Assembly: GCA_977018835.1 (NCBI GenBank)
Contig: OZ361260.1
Span: 124,001 to 188,000, forward strand
DNA length: 64,000 nt
Reading direction: 5' to 3'
Origin: Minutocellus sp. GHC0000111
Lineage: Eukaryota
Shown here: positions 37,821-50,100 of the stretch, piece by piece
How the letters are laid out: each line of letters begins with the position of its first letter
Numbering within the stretch: the first letter of the stretch is position 1
Program-made: the position numbers and the translations under genes
The notes under the pieces: generated by a model
Told to the model about the DNA's origin: nothing
The model's database searches: none
Seen by the model: the letters and a program-made list of their open reading frames with translations, nothing else

Positions 37821-40295
37821 ATGTCATCTCCAGAAGAAACAGCACCTGCATCTGTTGCGGAGGATGCCGTTGCCCCGGCCACCGATGCCGCAGCAGCAGC
37901 AGTAGCAGCAGATCCAGTCCCCGCTGCCGAACCAAATCAAGATGAGAAGGAGTCGGAAGCTCCCGAGGCCGATGAGAAAGCGGAAGCAGTCCCAGTTCCT
38001 CCTGCCGCTGGTGCTGCCGCTGCTGAACCTGCGGTGGCAGCTCCAGAGGCTTCGCCAACGCCAGCACCGGCAACAGTCCCAAGCAAGCCACCGAATCGGA
38101 CGGCGGAAATTTGGTCCACCAGGCTGCATCGGGAGATATTGGCCTTAACGAAAGAGGGAGGGGACGATGCCGCCCACCAGCACGATGTGGAGACGGTCGG
38201 TGTTCTCCCCCCGTTCATCACCCTGGAGGACCATACCATTGACATTGCCAAGGGACTGTGCGACGTCACCTTTCGGATTGCCGTCGAACCCCCAAGCGTC
38301 GTGCCCGGTGCGGATGATGAGAAGGTCGGTGGGACTGGGGGAGCCGAAGTGGAGGGCGATGACGGGAACGCAAAGGATGGTTCGGATGAAGAAGGAAAGG
38401 GCAGAGATGAGGCGGATGATAAACCCAAGGAGGCGTCGGCAGAGGGCGAAGCAAATGCTGCAGATGACAAGGAGGACGCTGGCAGAGAGACCGAGGCAAC
38501 GGCACCAGATTCAGCCGATGCGTCCAACCAGGACCCTCCTCACGTGATCATCATGCTTGATGCTTCCACCGGTACATCTCCCGATGGAGGTCCAGCTGCC
38601 ACTCCCTCATCGTATCCGTTTCAGCCACCGACAGCCATGCTCATATCTGGTGCGAATCTTTTTCCGCAACCCGGATCCGAAATTAATGACGGGGATTATC
38701 TCGACATCGATTTGGATTGGACCCCCAGCCTCCATTTGAATGATGCGATTCTCAACGTTGCCCTCAAGGTTAGGGAGAGCATTCGGAGGGGCGAACCATT
38801 TAATTCCAAGGTCGAAGACCAAGATGGAGCCAACACGACGAGTGCCAACTTGGAGGCCGAGGTTCTCAAGGCAAAGGAAAAGGTGACGTCCTTCTTCAGC
38901 AGCGGCCTCACGACGCTCAAACAAAATGCTTCCAGTATGGCCGCAGTTGCCAGCGAGGTAGTTGCACCGCACAACGTGGCTGCCGCTGCAGGAGGTGGTG
39001 TCACGGCAGCCGCGGCAGTTGCTGGTGTAGGCAACAAGGAAGGCACCGCCAAGGCCAAGGAAAAGAAAAAGGCAAAGCGGGCAGTCGGTTCCGATGTTGT
39101 TGCCATTGGTGACGAGATTGATCTATCGCAAAGCCCTTGGAATGTTTGCGCAGGGATGTATTCCTGTAAGGCCATCCGCAGACCAGTTTTTGTTGAACTG
39201 GCCATGTCGCAGGCGGAAGCTGAAGCAAAGGAACAAGAAAAGGTAGGTGTGCAATTCGATAGAGTTTTTCCTGTTGTTTGTTGTGTGACGCGTCTCGATT
39301 ATGTAACAGACTCATCATTGCTTCTCTGTTGTTCAATATACACAAAGAGCGCAAGTGCCGGCAAAGCCTTCTTCAATTCGTTTCGCAATTCGGCCAAATC
39401 TGTTCTGGAGGAATCGTTCCTTATGATTAGCGAGCAGTACATCATTGAGATCAAGACGAATAAGTTTTCGATCGGGACCGGGAAGGTGACGTTCGTAACG
39501 TTGATTGCCAGCCTTGCCAAGTTGAAGTTCCGTCGAGAGGAGTCCATCTCTCTATTTTTGAAGGAGGCTCCAGACGATCCGCTTATTTATATGATGCCTG
39601 AGAGCGCCGATTGTGTCAAACAAATACAAACGGTCTTGAAGGCTCATGGTGTCAAGGGGAAACATACCAACGCGGCAATGCAGCGGTCCATTCAGACTGC
39701 GTTGTCGATTGTGGCGGACATTCAAAAGAAGGAAAGGGCTCTCGAGCATGACCCCACAGTGGAAAATGTCAATGAGATTATGGATTTATGCCGCCAGGCC
39801 GCTGAACGATTCGAGCAGGCTGGTGATTCTCGGCACAAGGAGGTGATGGCTCACATGAAGAAGTTCCTGTCCAACCCAATTACTGTCAGCATTTTGAATG
39901 GAAGCTACGAATCTAAGAAAAAGTCCGAGGAGGAAGCTACACCCGCTGCTGCATCAACACCATCCAAGCCAGTCCCGGAAGGCGAGGTATTGACGTCGCC
40001 AGAGTGGATGCTGAACGAGAATGACGATGATGAGGAGGACAGTGATGGCAAAAAGGGATTGAAGAAGAAAGATAGCGCCCTCGAAAATACTGACGATATG
40101 CTCCAGGAAGCCAAGAAGGATATGGAAGCTCTTGGTGCAAGTGGAGCAAGTGCTCTTGAAGACATTCTCAACACGTCTGATTCTGTAGACATCTCCGGTG
40201 CTGGCGGCGATGAAGTTGGAGATGACTCCCTGGCCGAGCTTGATGCGATGTTTGCTTCGGCTGATGCCGAGCTCAACGACTTGATGAAAGAATAA
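37821..40295 (+). CDS. Hypothetical protein with UBC/RWD-like N-domain and PH-like central domain; probable in-frame intron 39243..39347
   Basis: RLHREI..YPFQPP..IDLDWTPSLHLNDAILNV echoes the E2 fold. The 105-nt GTAGGT..AAG segment is AT-rich and compositionally out of place. Confidence 0.7.
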   Translation: MSSPEETAPASVAEDAVAPATDAAAAAVAADPVPAAEPNQDEKESEAPEADEKAEAVPVPPAAGAAAAEPAVAAPEASPTPAPATVPSKPPNRTAEIWSTRLHREILALTKEGGDDAAHQHDVETVGVLPPFITLEDHTIDIAKGLCDVTFRIAVEPPSVVPGADDEKVGGTGGAEVEGDDGNAKDGSDEEGKGRDEADDKPKEASAEGEANAADDKEDAGRETEATAPDSADASNQDPPHVIIMLDASTGTSPDGGPAATPSSYPFQPPTAMLISGANLFPQPGSEINDGDYLDIDLDWTPSLHLNDAILNVALKVRESIRRGEPFNSKVEDQDGANTTSANLEAEVLKAKEKVTSFFSSGLTTLKQNASSMAAVASEVVAPHNVAAAAGGGVTAAAAVAGVGNKEGTAKAKEKKKAKRAVGSDVVAIGDEIDLSQSPWNVCAGMYSCKAIRRPVFVELAMSQAEAEAKEQEKVGVQFDRVFPVVCCVTRLDYVTDSSLLLCCSIYTKSASAGKAFFNSFRNSAKSVLEESFLMISEQYIIEIKTNKFSIGTGKVTFVTLIASLAKLKFRREESISLFLKEAPDDPLIYMMPESADCVKQIQTVLKAHGVKGKHTNAAMQRSIQTALSIVADIQKKERALEHDPTVENVNEIMDLCRQAAERFEQAGDSRHKEVMAHMKKFLSNPITVSILNGSYESKKKSEEEATPAAASTPSKPVPEGEVLTSPEWMLNENDDDEEDSDGKKGLKKKDSALENTDDMLQEAKKDMEALGASGASALEDILNTSDSVDISGAGGDEVGDDSLAELDAMFASADAELNDLMKE

Positions 40296-40405
40296 GCGTT
40301 TGCATCGTGATCTGAAAGGTAGTAATAGTAGATTTGACCGTTGACTTTTTGCAATAATAGTCCTATGTAATTCATTTACAAAGAATGGTTAAACTCTAGC
40401 TAAAT

Positions 40406-42728
40406 CTACATCCAAATCTTTTTGGTTACACCCATAACTTTGATCTCGGGAATATTGAGTATTCTATTCTCATGAGCTCGTCTACTAATTCTGACTGCAC
40501 TTGCGCGTTTGCCCATCATTCGGGCTCGTACCAATTCAATGCCCGTCGTATCCAGGATTTCCTTTTTATTTGTGTAGACGACAGTGAGTCTGTTGAAAGG
40601 ATGAGAATAGATAAAGGATGAATAAGAGCATTGGCATTGAATTCATACTGGATATATTGGTTTACTCTCAACGCCGACAAAACAAATTCTACTCACTTTC
40701 CAGCTTTCCTGTCTTCTTCGGTAACATAGTCTAATAATTCTACAATGGAAAATGAAAGCATGGACGACAGTCCGTCGTCCATCCGGTTGATAATGTCAAC
40801 GAAATTGATGTGGCCTGCCATTGGCAATTCGACCATGAACCAAGCTCCCGGTTCCTTGCAGGTCATTACAATGCCCTGATCTTTTACGTAGGGGCTTTCA
40901 TTTCCATCGATGGCTCTTGAAGCGACTGCTCCGTTACATGTTGAGGATTGGGTGGCAATTCCACCCTTAGCGAGGTCGATGAGTGGATTGACGGGTGGCA
41001 GGGACTTCTTGGGGTAGGCTGTTCCCTGAACAACAACCTCGGCGAGCGATATGGCACCCTGGGCGCCTTGTCTCTTACGGATACGAATGCCGGCGGCCCG
41101 AACATGATTAAAGGTAAGATGAAACCTGTCGGTGTTGGTTGAGTCATGGATATCGGAATTGTAGTCGACAACAACGAGCTGTCCAGCACTGTAGTCCAAG
41201 AGCTGAACAATAGTGTCCGACAAGAAGACAGACGTGCCGTCGTCAAGCCGATTATAGATGTCCACATAGTCGACGATACCCGGAACGGGGAACAGGGCCT
41301 GCCAATATTCATCCAAACCGTTGCACGTGTGAGTGATGGTCTTATCTCGCCAGAAGCCACTGAACTTCGAATCGATTGCCCGGTATGCGTTACCTTTGTG
41401 GCACGTTGTCGACTGACTCGCCTGAGCATAACGGCGTACAAGATTGTTTCTGAGGGGCAAAAACTGTAAATCGGTTCCCTCGGCGCACGTCATGGTAGGA
41501 TCCCAGCAGCCAGGTTGGCCCATAACGGCAACCTCGGCGATGGCGAGCGATTGGGCGACGCCCTTGGGATTGAGCTTGGTAATGCGGACGGCCTTGGCTT
41601 TGATACCATCGAAGTCGATCTTGAGTCTCTCTATGCCATCGGTCTTGGAGATGTCGCGTGATGCTACAACCTCCAGCTCACCGGTGCCATCGCGCGAGTC
41701 ATCATCAAGGAGCTCGATCCTGGAATAAGAAAGCTGATGAGTGGTTCCCTCGTCCATTCGGTTGTATATTACTACATAGCCCACCAACCCCATCGTCCCA
41801 AAGTCGGCTTGCCACCATTCCTCGAAGCCTTGACTGAAAGGAAGATTTCGTGAAGCGAGAATGTGGAGGGTGAGAAGTGAAATATAAAATCGTTTCGATA
41901 ATCGATGAGATCGACCCTCCACTTTACGTACCAGGTGTGGGAAATACTCTGTTTGCTGAACAGTGGCTTGATGTCGCCATTTAGAGCCCGAGATGCAGCA
42001 CCATCATGACAAGTCGAAGATTGATGCGCGGTTCCATACCGTACAAGGTTTGTATTGGCTGGTCCCTGAGTGAATGGTGATGGGTGGTGATTGCTGGTAT
42101 AACATTTGTACTTGGTTCCAGAAGTATAGTACTGGACATAATCAGTTCCGTCGGGAGGATGCGCAGCTGGCTCGCTGAACAGCACGCAGCCATGTGTCGG
42201 CGCGATAGGCTCTTCGTTCTGGCGCCTAAAACAGGAGTGATATCCTAGATTGTCATGTATCATGAACGATCTACAATCTACCGTCGCATCGCACTCGGCT
42301 GCGCAGGATTCTGCCGCCGATGCATCGTCAGGTAAGCAATGCGTGCCGAAGGTGCTAAATGACTGGCTCAGCAAGCTTTGCGACACCTCCCAAAAGCCAC
42401 TATCCCACCCACCACATTCCTGCGTGTTACCATAGGAATCAGTTATTATTGAATAGGCGTCGATGCCAGTGAGGGCGAGAGTTCGGCTCCGGAAAAAGGA
42501 GGTCGATGCCTTGATCGAAACACTCGACGACAGGAGGGAAATGCCAATTGTAGCGCCAATACAGACGATGCCAATCGCGGTGGCTGATACCGCGGTGGCA
42601 GAGGCCGATAAGCCACGTTCGCGCTTCATTGAGATCGCGCGTAAGTTGTTTGGTGCGTTTGGTAATGCTGCGTTGGATTGGGCGGGCAGAGTTTGCTTCC
42701 GCTCGCCAGTCAAGTCACTGAGCGCCAT
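40406..42728 (-). CDS. Membrane-anchored or secreted protein with PAN/apple-like domain and three F-type lectin (fucolectin/discoidin) domains; introns 41834..41931 and 40590..40696
   Basis: Three repeats of QSxTC..A.RA.(D/N)..(H/M)TC....W......V..V.I.NR.D. Both introns are GT-AG and restore the frame (HTC-QGFEEWW; GK-LTVVY..KIWM*). N-terminal hydrophobic segment. Confidence 0.85.
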
Positions 42729-42962
42729 GTGGCTGGGGCATCCAAATGACCGACTGGATGACTGACAAAACCCTAACAAGCCCCAAAAGAAGCAGCACAA
42801 GATACTCCAACCATCGCGGCCCTCGCTCAACATCACCGGCGTGAGTCGTTCAGCTGTTCAGGGAGGCTGAGTCGTTCAATGGTGCTTCAGGGTCGATCGG
42901 CCACTGACAGTTACCAGTTCTCATCAATTCGTACGTGATCCTCTCTTGAATTCACAAATATC

Positions 42963-44030
42963 ATGGGAACAAATATTACAAAAGAACTGAAACGAGAGCT
43001 CGTTCTCTCTCCTCGTCCTTCCACATGTTCTGCCACAAAATCGATCAAGAACACGGAAGATGAGCACCATCCTTCTGCTTCTTCTGCAGCAACCAGTGAA
43101 TTGGATGTAGATCAAACCTGCCAACAAAGCGACGCACCACCATTGATGACGAAAGGAACAGCCACACCCATGGACCTGGTTCATGTTCTACTTTCTGAGG
43201 ATATAGTCGAAGTCGTTCTACTTTTTCTTCATCCGTGGGATATATCTGCCTTCCTCAGTACCAACAAAGAGAACTCGAAGATGGCATGCGAAATCTGGAA
43301 AGCGATGCTTCGAGGCCTGATGGATGAGTATGTGGAAATCGTAGACAACGCTTCAGCTCGGCACTGGAAGATAGAAGCCTACAAGGCTTTCCGTCGAAAG
43401 AACTTGCAGCGACCAGTCATCAAGACGAATAAAGACGATGTCAATGACCACTTCGATGAGTACAGCCCGTTCAAATCGATCCTTTGCACTATGGGGAAAC
43501 GTAGAGTACAACTTCAAGGCTCAAAGCCCATAGCTCTCGGCAGAGGCAGTTACCGCCTATTATGGCGAGTCTATCCCATCACTAGAAATTGTCGACTTAC
43601 CTTCACAGTATACGACGCTAAGAAAGACGTAATGATCCATACATTCTTTTTTACATCAAAGGAGAATCATACAGAGCCACCCATAAGATTGCTGGATCGT
43701 CTTAGATTTGGCAGTCCTAGTACACAGAATAACAACGATGAGGACAAGCCAATGGCAACGGAAGTCATTGACTTTTTTGGCTGGCGCATTATGTCATCTG
43801 GAAACCCAATCGAAGTACCAGCAGAGGGAATGGACATCGCGGCTAAGCTTGATATATTTGGAATTTGTCTGGTCGATTATTTTGAGATTCAAGTAATTCC
43901 ACAAGCAGATTTAATTGAGGAGGAGGAAGAAGAAGAAGAGGTAGAGGAGGAGGAGGCCAAGGGAATCGGTGGTGTTGCCGTTGATCTCTTCAAATCACTC
44001 AATCCAGTGAGGTTTAGTCGGGCGGCATGA
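42963..44030 (+). CDS. Putative F-box protein
   Basis: 355-aa ORF; LSEDIVEVVLLFLHPWDISAFLSTNK..EIWK is F-box-like; acidic C-terminal tract. Confidence 0.6.
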   Translation: MGTNITKELKRELVLSPRPSTCSATKSIKNTEDEHHPSASSAATSELDVDQTCQQSDAPPLMTKGTATPMDLVHVLLSEDIVEVVLLFLHPWDISAFLSTNKENSKMACEIWKAMLRGLMDEYVEIVDNASARHWKIEAYKAFRRKNLQRPVIKTNKDDVNDHFDEYSPFKSILCTMGKRRVQLQGSKPIALGRGSYRLLWRVYPITRNCRLTFTVYDAKKDVMIHTFFFTSKENHTEPPIRLLDRLRFGSPSTQNNNDEDKPMATEVIDFFGWRIMSSGNPIEVPAEGMDIAAKLDIFGICLVDYFEIQVIPQADLIEEEEEEEEVEEEEAKGIGGVAVDLFKSLNPVRFSRAA

Positions 44031-44164
44031 CTCGCTGTACTAGCTACGTAGTAAGATATCGCATCGAGGGATAAACAGTAACAACAAATGTAGATGATTT
44101 CTGTTCTAACATTAATTAGTTTTACCAGGGGCTTCTTGTACAAGAAACGCAGAGCACCTATGCA

Positions 44165-45019
44165 GTGCCGGAAGAACCCAATCAATTGCTACTGCTAGTA
44201 CTCTGCCCTCCGATAGCATCATCTGCTCCAGCTCTTGTTGCAGATATTGAAAACGCCAAGATCAATGCACACGCCACAGCATTTGAAGTCGGCGGGTTCA
44301 TCAGGTCCAGGAATGGCAAATACAAGTCCCACCCCTGCCATTACAATGGAAAATAGCAGCCACAATAGTGCCCAGATCCAGCTCGGCCCACCAATCGTTT
44401 CTGCAACCGTATGTGCATCGGTGATGAATATGGAGGAAATAATGGCGGCGGCAAAAATTGTGGTGTGATGGATCGCTTCATAGAACGAGTTCTCACCGCC
44501 TACGATATTCCTCAGGATCGAACGATGGATGAAAGTTTGGACTTGGTTATTGATAGGCAGCCTTATTTTGCACATCCGCGAGTGGATATGGAAAAAGCAA
44601 CCAAGGATGCACGGACCCTGCCGGACATGCAAGCGATGTTCCCCTCTTCGAGGATAATCAAATTGCACGAGATGAGCTTTAAAGAGCAAGTAGAACTCAT
44701 ATCACGAGCAAAATCGCTGCGAGGGGTCCACGGTGCTGGCTTGACACACCTACTTTGGCTACCAAAGGGAGCCAATGTCGTTGAATGGCAGCCAGAGGAT
44801 TACTTTGAGAACCAATTGTTTGGTAATTTGGCCACGTGGGTGCCAGGAATTTCTCATCAAACGGGCCCAATGCCACAAAAGCCCAAGGGGATGCTGCAGA
44901 GCTTTGTGGAATTCTTGTTCAGCACAGACCAGAAGAAATCTCTTTCGAGCGATCCATACGATTCGAGAGAAATCTATCAAAAATATGGGAGGGATATGAT
45001 GGATACAAATGCGGGATGA
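44165..45019 (+). pseudogene. Glycosyltransferase family 61 (DUF563) fragment, likely truncated or pseudogenised
   Basis: MSFKEQVELISRAKSLRGVHGAGLTHLLWLPKGANVVEW in ORF 44411..45019. The same frame upstream has two TAG stops (about 44354 and 44366). Confidence 0.6.
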
Positions 45020-45144
45020 CGACGAACGCAACGCAAAGAGATATGATGCCATAATGGAAAACACGTAGGAGAATTACGCATGAAATAGAAAATACAAATA
45101 AATACATCTAATGATAGACTCAAAACTGACGGAATATTTACGGA

Positions 45145-46602
45145 TTATACAGGGACTCCTGTTTTGTGGCTTTCCCAGGCATCGTTCATTACATCCCAAA
45201 TCATTTTACACACAAAGCTTTGGACTTCATCGAGGTCAGACGGCAGCTTATCCGGGTGAAGGAAAAAACGACATTTACGAACAGCTTTCTTCAGAGCTTC
45301 CTCATTTTGGCAGATATCATGGTAGTTTATTGGCTTCCACTTTGCAAAATATTCATGCGACTTGACACCAAAGGAAGGCGGTAGGACCACTTGCAGATTT
45401 GCTATCATTGTAGCGATAGGTTTGAGCTGCTGATAATTGGGCGGCTCGAGAGCCCAGGCAATGAGTATGCTCCTTTTCACTTCCTCTGTCGATTTGGTGG
45501 CTCCTGGCGTTGCAGATGCTTGCGTCTTTGTAGGGGGAGATGTAGATGTGCTCGAAGAAGGAATCTTTTGGGGCTTTGGTCGATGCTGAGTTGGTTGAGG
45601 CGATGTTGGTGCTGCCTTTGCACGATACTGCGCATTCGTCGGAGGCGAAGTAGATTGGGGCTGAGAACGGGCCCACGTCTGTGGCTGCGGTTGGGGCTGT
45701 GGATTATACGGCTTCTGTGGCGTGTAACGCGATTGGTGCATTTGCTGATGAGGCATATGCTGATATTGTTGCTGCCTTGGATTGGCAATCCCCCCAATTC
45801 CAGGTGTGCTCTGGGCAAAAACATTATGGTGGTGCTGCTGTTGATATTGCTGTGGTTGAAAAGGAGCTTGCGCCTGCTGTTGTTCCCTCCTCCTCTTGGC
45901 GTCTTCTCTCCTTCGCTTGAGCTCCTCTGCCTCCTTCCGTCGCTCTTCGAATGCAGCTCGAGATGCCAAACGACGCTTCTTATCGGCCTCCTCCTTTTCT
46001 TTCCGCTGTCGTTCCAAAAGAGCCGCCCTGGCTTCTGCCTGCCGAACCTCGCGCTCCAATGCCTGCTTCTCCCGTTCTGCGGCCCTCTCTGCACGTCGAC
46101 GTTCGAATTCGGATGCGATGGCACGCTCTCGTTTCGTCCGTTCGAAGTCTGCAGCCGCCCTTTGTGCCTCTTTGACGGCAGCCTCGGCGGAAACAGCGAT
46201 ATCTTGGGCTAATGCCGATGCTGATGATGGTGTTTTTGCAGATGATGAGGAAGAAGAAGCGTTGTCAGCTTCTTCCCCATCTCGCCCAACAGCAGTTTCT
46301 TCGTTGGCGATCTCGTCGGCATCGTCCATAGAGGACAGATAGCTGTGAAGAGTCACCTCCTCCTCGTCAGTACACGCGGTTTCGTCTCTTCCCTCGAAAT
46401 CCCCAATAATAAGATCTTTGGTGGGATTGCTGCTGCTGCTGCTGGCATTGTTGGCGGCATCCGTAGACGACGCATCTTGTGACTTTTTTGCCTTTTGGCC
46501 CTTGCGAGATGAGAATGCCGCCGCTGGCGACCAGACCAGCGTCGCCTCATCGTCTTCGACCGGCGGTGCGGCAAAGAAGAGGCAACAGGCCTCGAATCCC
46601 AT
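45145..46602 (-). CDS. Auxilin-like J-domain protein
   Basis: C-terminal WKPI..ALKKAVRKCRFFLHPDKLP..IWDVMNDAW (HPD motif), preceded by coiled-coil and Q/P-rich linker; N-terminal MGFEACC. Confidence 0.85.
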   Translation of the reverse strand: MGFEACCLFFAAPPVEDDEATLVWSPAAAFSSRKGQKAKKSQDASSTDAANNASSSSSNPTKDLIIGDFEGRDETACTDEEEVTLHSYLSSMDDADEIANEETAVGRDGEEADNASSSSSSAKTPSSASALAQDIAVSAEAAVKEAQRAAADFERTKRERAIASEFERRRAERAAEREKQALEREVRQAEARAALLERQRKEKEEADKKRRLASRAAFEERRKEAEELKRRREDAKRRREQQQAQAPFQPQQYQQQHHHNVFAQSTPGIGGIANPRQQQYQHMPHQQMHQSRYTPQKPYNPQPQPQPQTWARSQPQSTSPPTNAQYRAKAAPTSPQPTQHRPKPQKIPSSSTSTSPPTKTQASATPGATKSTEEVKRSILIAWALEPPNYQQLKPIATMIANLQVVLPPSFGVKSHEYFAKWKPINYHDICQNEEALKKAVRKCRFFLHPDKLPSDLDEVQSFVCKMIWDVMNDAWESHKTGVPV

Positions 46603-47115
46603 CGTACATGTATCTGGTTTGGACAGAGGGTATCTTGCTTGCGACTTCGGTCGAAACGGTCGAAAGGCGGCCAAGCAATCGCTAAAGCCCGACGACGGAC
46701 AGGGTGCTGCGGAGAGCGGAGAACGAACTTCCACTTGACTTCCACTTTCGCGCCCGCTCTTCCGGCAGCAGCACATTGCCCTCGAGAAACATTTGAGGTG
46801 AAGAAGCGTATCATATCGCCAGATACAATATCTGACGCGTAGCTGCCATCCAAAGCAATCTTGGTTGTTCGGTATCTGTCGTATCCATTGCGTTTGGCTC
46901 CTGTTTTGTTGTTTGGCTGGGATTTTTGTTTTTGGTGTTCCAAGCTACGTAACGGCACGAAAGCTCGACGAAATTACAAGCAAGATACGAGAGGAGAGAG
47001 AACCCATCACCCATCACCTTCTGCCGGACACAGACATCGGAGAAGAAGACAAGAAACAATCATCAACTACAAAGCACGTCGGCAGCCCAGCCATATTGAA
47101 TAGTATCCACCAGTC

Positions 47116-50100
47116 ATGACGACTCAGGCCATCTTGCGGACGGCCCTCCGGCGAACAGCAGCATCGGCATCGTGTGGAACAGTCACCGGCGGATCCGCAT
47201 CTTCGTCGGCATTTGGCTTGCTGTCCCGAACCGCCCGTTCGGCTCTCCTGGCTTCTGGTGCTGGAGCTGACATAGCATCAGCCTGTTCGCGAGGATTGCC
47301 CCGCCGATTTAAATCGACGGCGGCCGCTGCCATTGACGATTACGATGATGACTCGACCGCCGCCGTCGCTCAGCCATTGCACTCCAACGAAACATTTTTG
47401 AACGGGACGGGATCGCTTTACGCCGAGCAGATGTACGATGCCTGGTTGGCCGACCCCAACAGCGTCCACGAGACGTGGCGCAATTACTTTGAGAACCTCG
47501 AGCAGGACGTCCCGTACGACGAGGCGGACTACAGCAGCCCTAGCGTCGTCCCCAGCACGGGCGCCGTGGCGTCGGCATCGGCGGCCTCCCTGGCCGGTAC
47601 CGGCGGCAAGTCCGATTCCCTCGGCGTTTCGCATCTCATCCGTGCCTATCAGGTTTCGGGACACATGGCCGCCAACCTCGATCCGTTGGGGTTGCACACC
47701 AAGGAATCCTTCCCCTTCCGCCCGTCCAACTCGCGCGACCCCTCCCATCTGCCCGAGGGCTATCCCGAGGAACTCACCCCGGCGTATCATGGCTTCGACG
47801 GGCCCGGTGATCTGGATCGCAAGCTCAACTTCCGCGGCACGTCCAGCGGCGGCAACAAGGGCTTCCTCGAGGAGCTGGCCGGCATGCCCGGCAAGGTCAC
47901 CCTCCGCTCCATCGTCGACATGCTCCGGAAGACGTACTGCGGCACCCTCGCCGTGGAGTACATGCACATCGGTGATCAGAACAAGTGCAACTGGATCCGA
48001 GAGCGCGTCGAGCAGCCCCGGTGGCTCTCGTACGACAAGGAGAAGAAGCTGCACATCTTCGAGCGTCTGTGCTTTGCCGACACCTTCGAGAACTTCCTCT
48101 CCAACAAGTTCAACACCACCAAGCGGTTCGGTCTGGACGGTGGCGAGGCCATCATTCCCGCCCTCAAGGATGGCATCGACCGTGCGTCCGAGCTGGGCGC
48201 GCACAGTTTCATCATTGGCATGCCCCACCGTGGCCGTCTCAACGTCCTGGCCAACGTGATGCGCAAGCCCATGCCCCTCATCTTCTCCGAGTTCCAGGGC
48301 ACGCACTACGACATCGATGCCCACACCAAGGCCGAGGGTGGAAAGTGGGGCATCAGCGGTGACGTCAAGTACCACTTGGGTTCCAGCATGGACCGTACCT
48401 ACCCCGACGGACGGCAGATCCATCTCAGTTTGGTCGCCAACCCCTCCCACTTGGAGTGCGTCGACCCCGTCGTTGCCGGCAAGACCCGTTTCAAGCAGTA
48501 CTACTGCGGTGATCGCGACGTCGACAAGCAGAACTGCGTCCCCATCCTCCTGCACGGCGATGCCGCCTTCGCCGGTCAGGGCGTGGTGTATGAGACCATG
48601 CAGCTCGCCGGAGTGCCCGACTTCAACGTCGGCGGTACCATTCACGTCATTGTGAACAATCAGATTGGCTTCACCACGAACCCCATCCACTCCCGATCGA
48701 CCCCGTACTGCTCTGACCTTGGTAAGGCCTTCGGTGCTCCCATCTTCCACTGTAACGGTGATGACCCGCTCTCTGTATCGACCGCCCTTGAAACGGCTGT
48801 TGAGTACCGTCACGAGTGGGGAACCGATGTCATCATCGATATGATCTGCTACCGCCGTAACGGCCACAACGAGCTCGATCAGCCCCTCTTCACCCAACCC
48901 AAGCTGTACAAGAAGATACAGAAGCACCCCACCACCCTGGACATTTACGAGAAGCGTCTCATCGAGGATGGCACCGCCACCCCCGAAGAGCTGCAAGAGA
49001 TCCGTGACTTTACTCTCAAGAACTATGAGTTCGAGTTTGAGCAGAGTAAGTCGTACGAGGCCAAGCCGGAGGATTGGCTCAGTTCCCGATGGACCGGCTT
49101 CAAGAGTCCCTCGCAGATGAGCCGCATCCGTCCAACTGGAGTTGATACTGAGACACTGAGGATGATCGGAATGAAGGCTGGAACTGTTCCGGAGGGATTC
49201 AAGCTGCATCGCCAGATGCAGAAGATCTTCAAGGCTCGGAAGGAGATGGCCGAAGAAGGCACTGGTATCGACTGGGGTACAGCCGAAGCTATGGCCTTTG
49301 GTTCTCTCCTAATTGAAGGTAACCACGTACGCATTACTGGTCAGGATGTGCAGCGTGGTACGTTCAGTCATCGCCATGCGGTTGTGAAGGATCAGGATAC
49401 TGAGGAGGAGTACACCCCGCTCAACTCGTTGGCCCAGAACCTGGACATGTCTGCCCCGAAGGAGGAGTTGGTTCGTCCCGATACGCAGGCTGGATTCATT
49501 GCTCGTAACTCAATCCTTTCTGAGTTTGCTGTCCTTGGTTTTGAGCATGGATACAGTTTGGAGAACCCCAACTGCCTTGTCCTTTGGGAGGCTCAATTCG
49601 GTGACTTTGTCAATGGTGCTCAGATCATGATTGATCAGTTTATCGTGGCGGGAGAGGACAAGTGGCTTCGTCAAAGTGGTCTTGTTATGCTCTTGCCTCA
49701 CGGATTCGATGGTCAGGGAGCCGAGCACTCTTCGTGCCGCGTGGAGCGCTTCTTGCAGCAGGTGGACGAAGATCCTCATCACATTCCTAACCTTGCACGG
49801 GATGAGCGTATGCAGGTCCAGCAGTGCAATATGCAAATTGTCAACTGCACCACCCCCGCCAACTACTTCCACTGCCTCCGAAGGCAAATACACCGTGATT
49901 TCCGCAAGCCTTTGGTCGTTGTTTCGCCCAAGAATCTCCTCCGTCACAAGCGATGCGTTTCGTCTCTCGATGATATGGGCCCTGGCAAAATGTTCCAGCG
50001 CGTTATCAATGAGACCGATAGGGACATCTGGGACAACCCGGAGCAGGTCAAGACCCTCGTCTTCTGCTCTGGACAGATTTACTACGAGCTGCTCGCCGAG

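Noticed and set aside
44354..44368. In-frame stops in the GT61 fragment as recoding
   Set aside because: They are TAG, are not at recognisable catalytic positions, and the gene looks truncated.
47278..49209. 643-aa antisense ORF
   Set aside because: Shadow of the strongly biased codon usage in OGDH; no recognisable domain.
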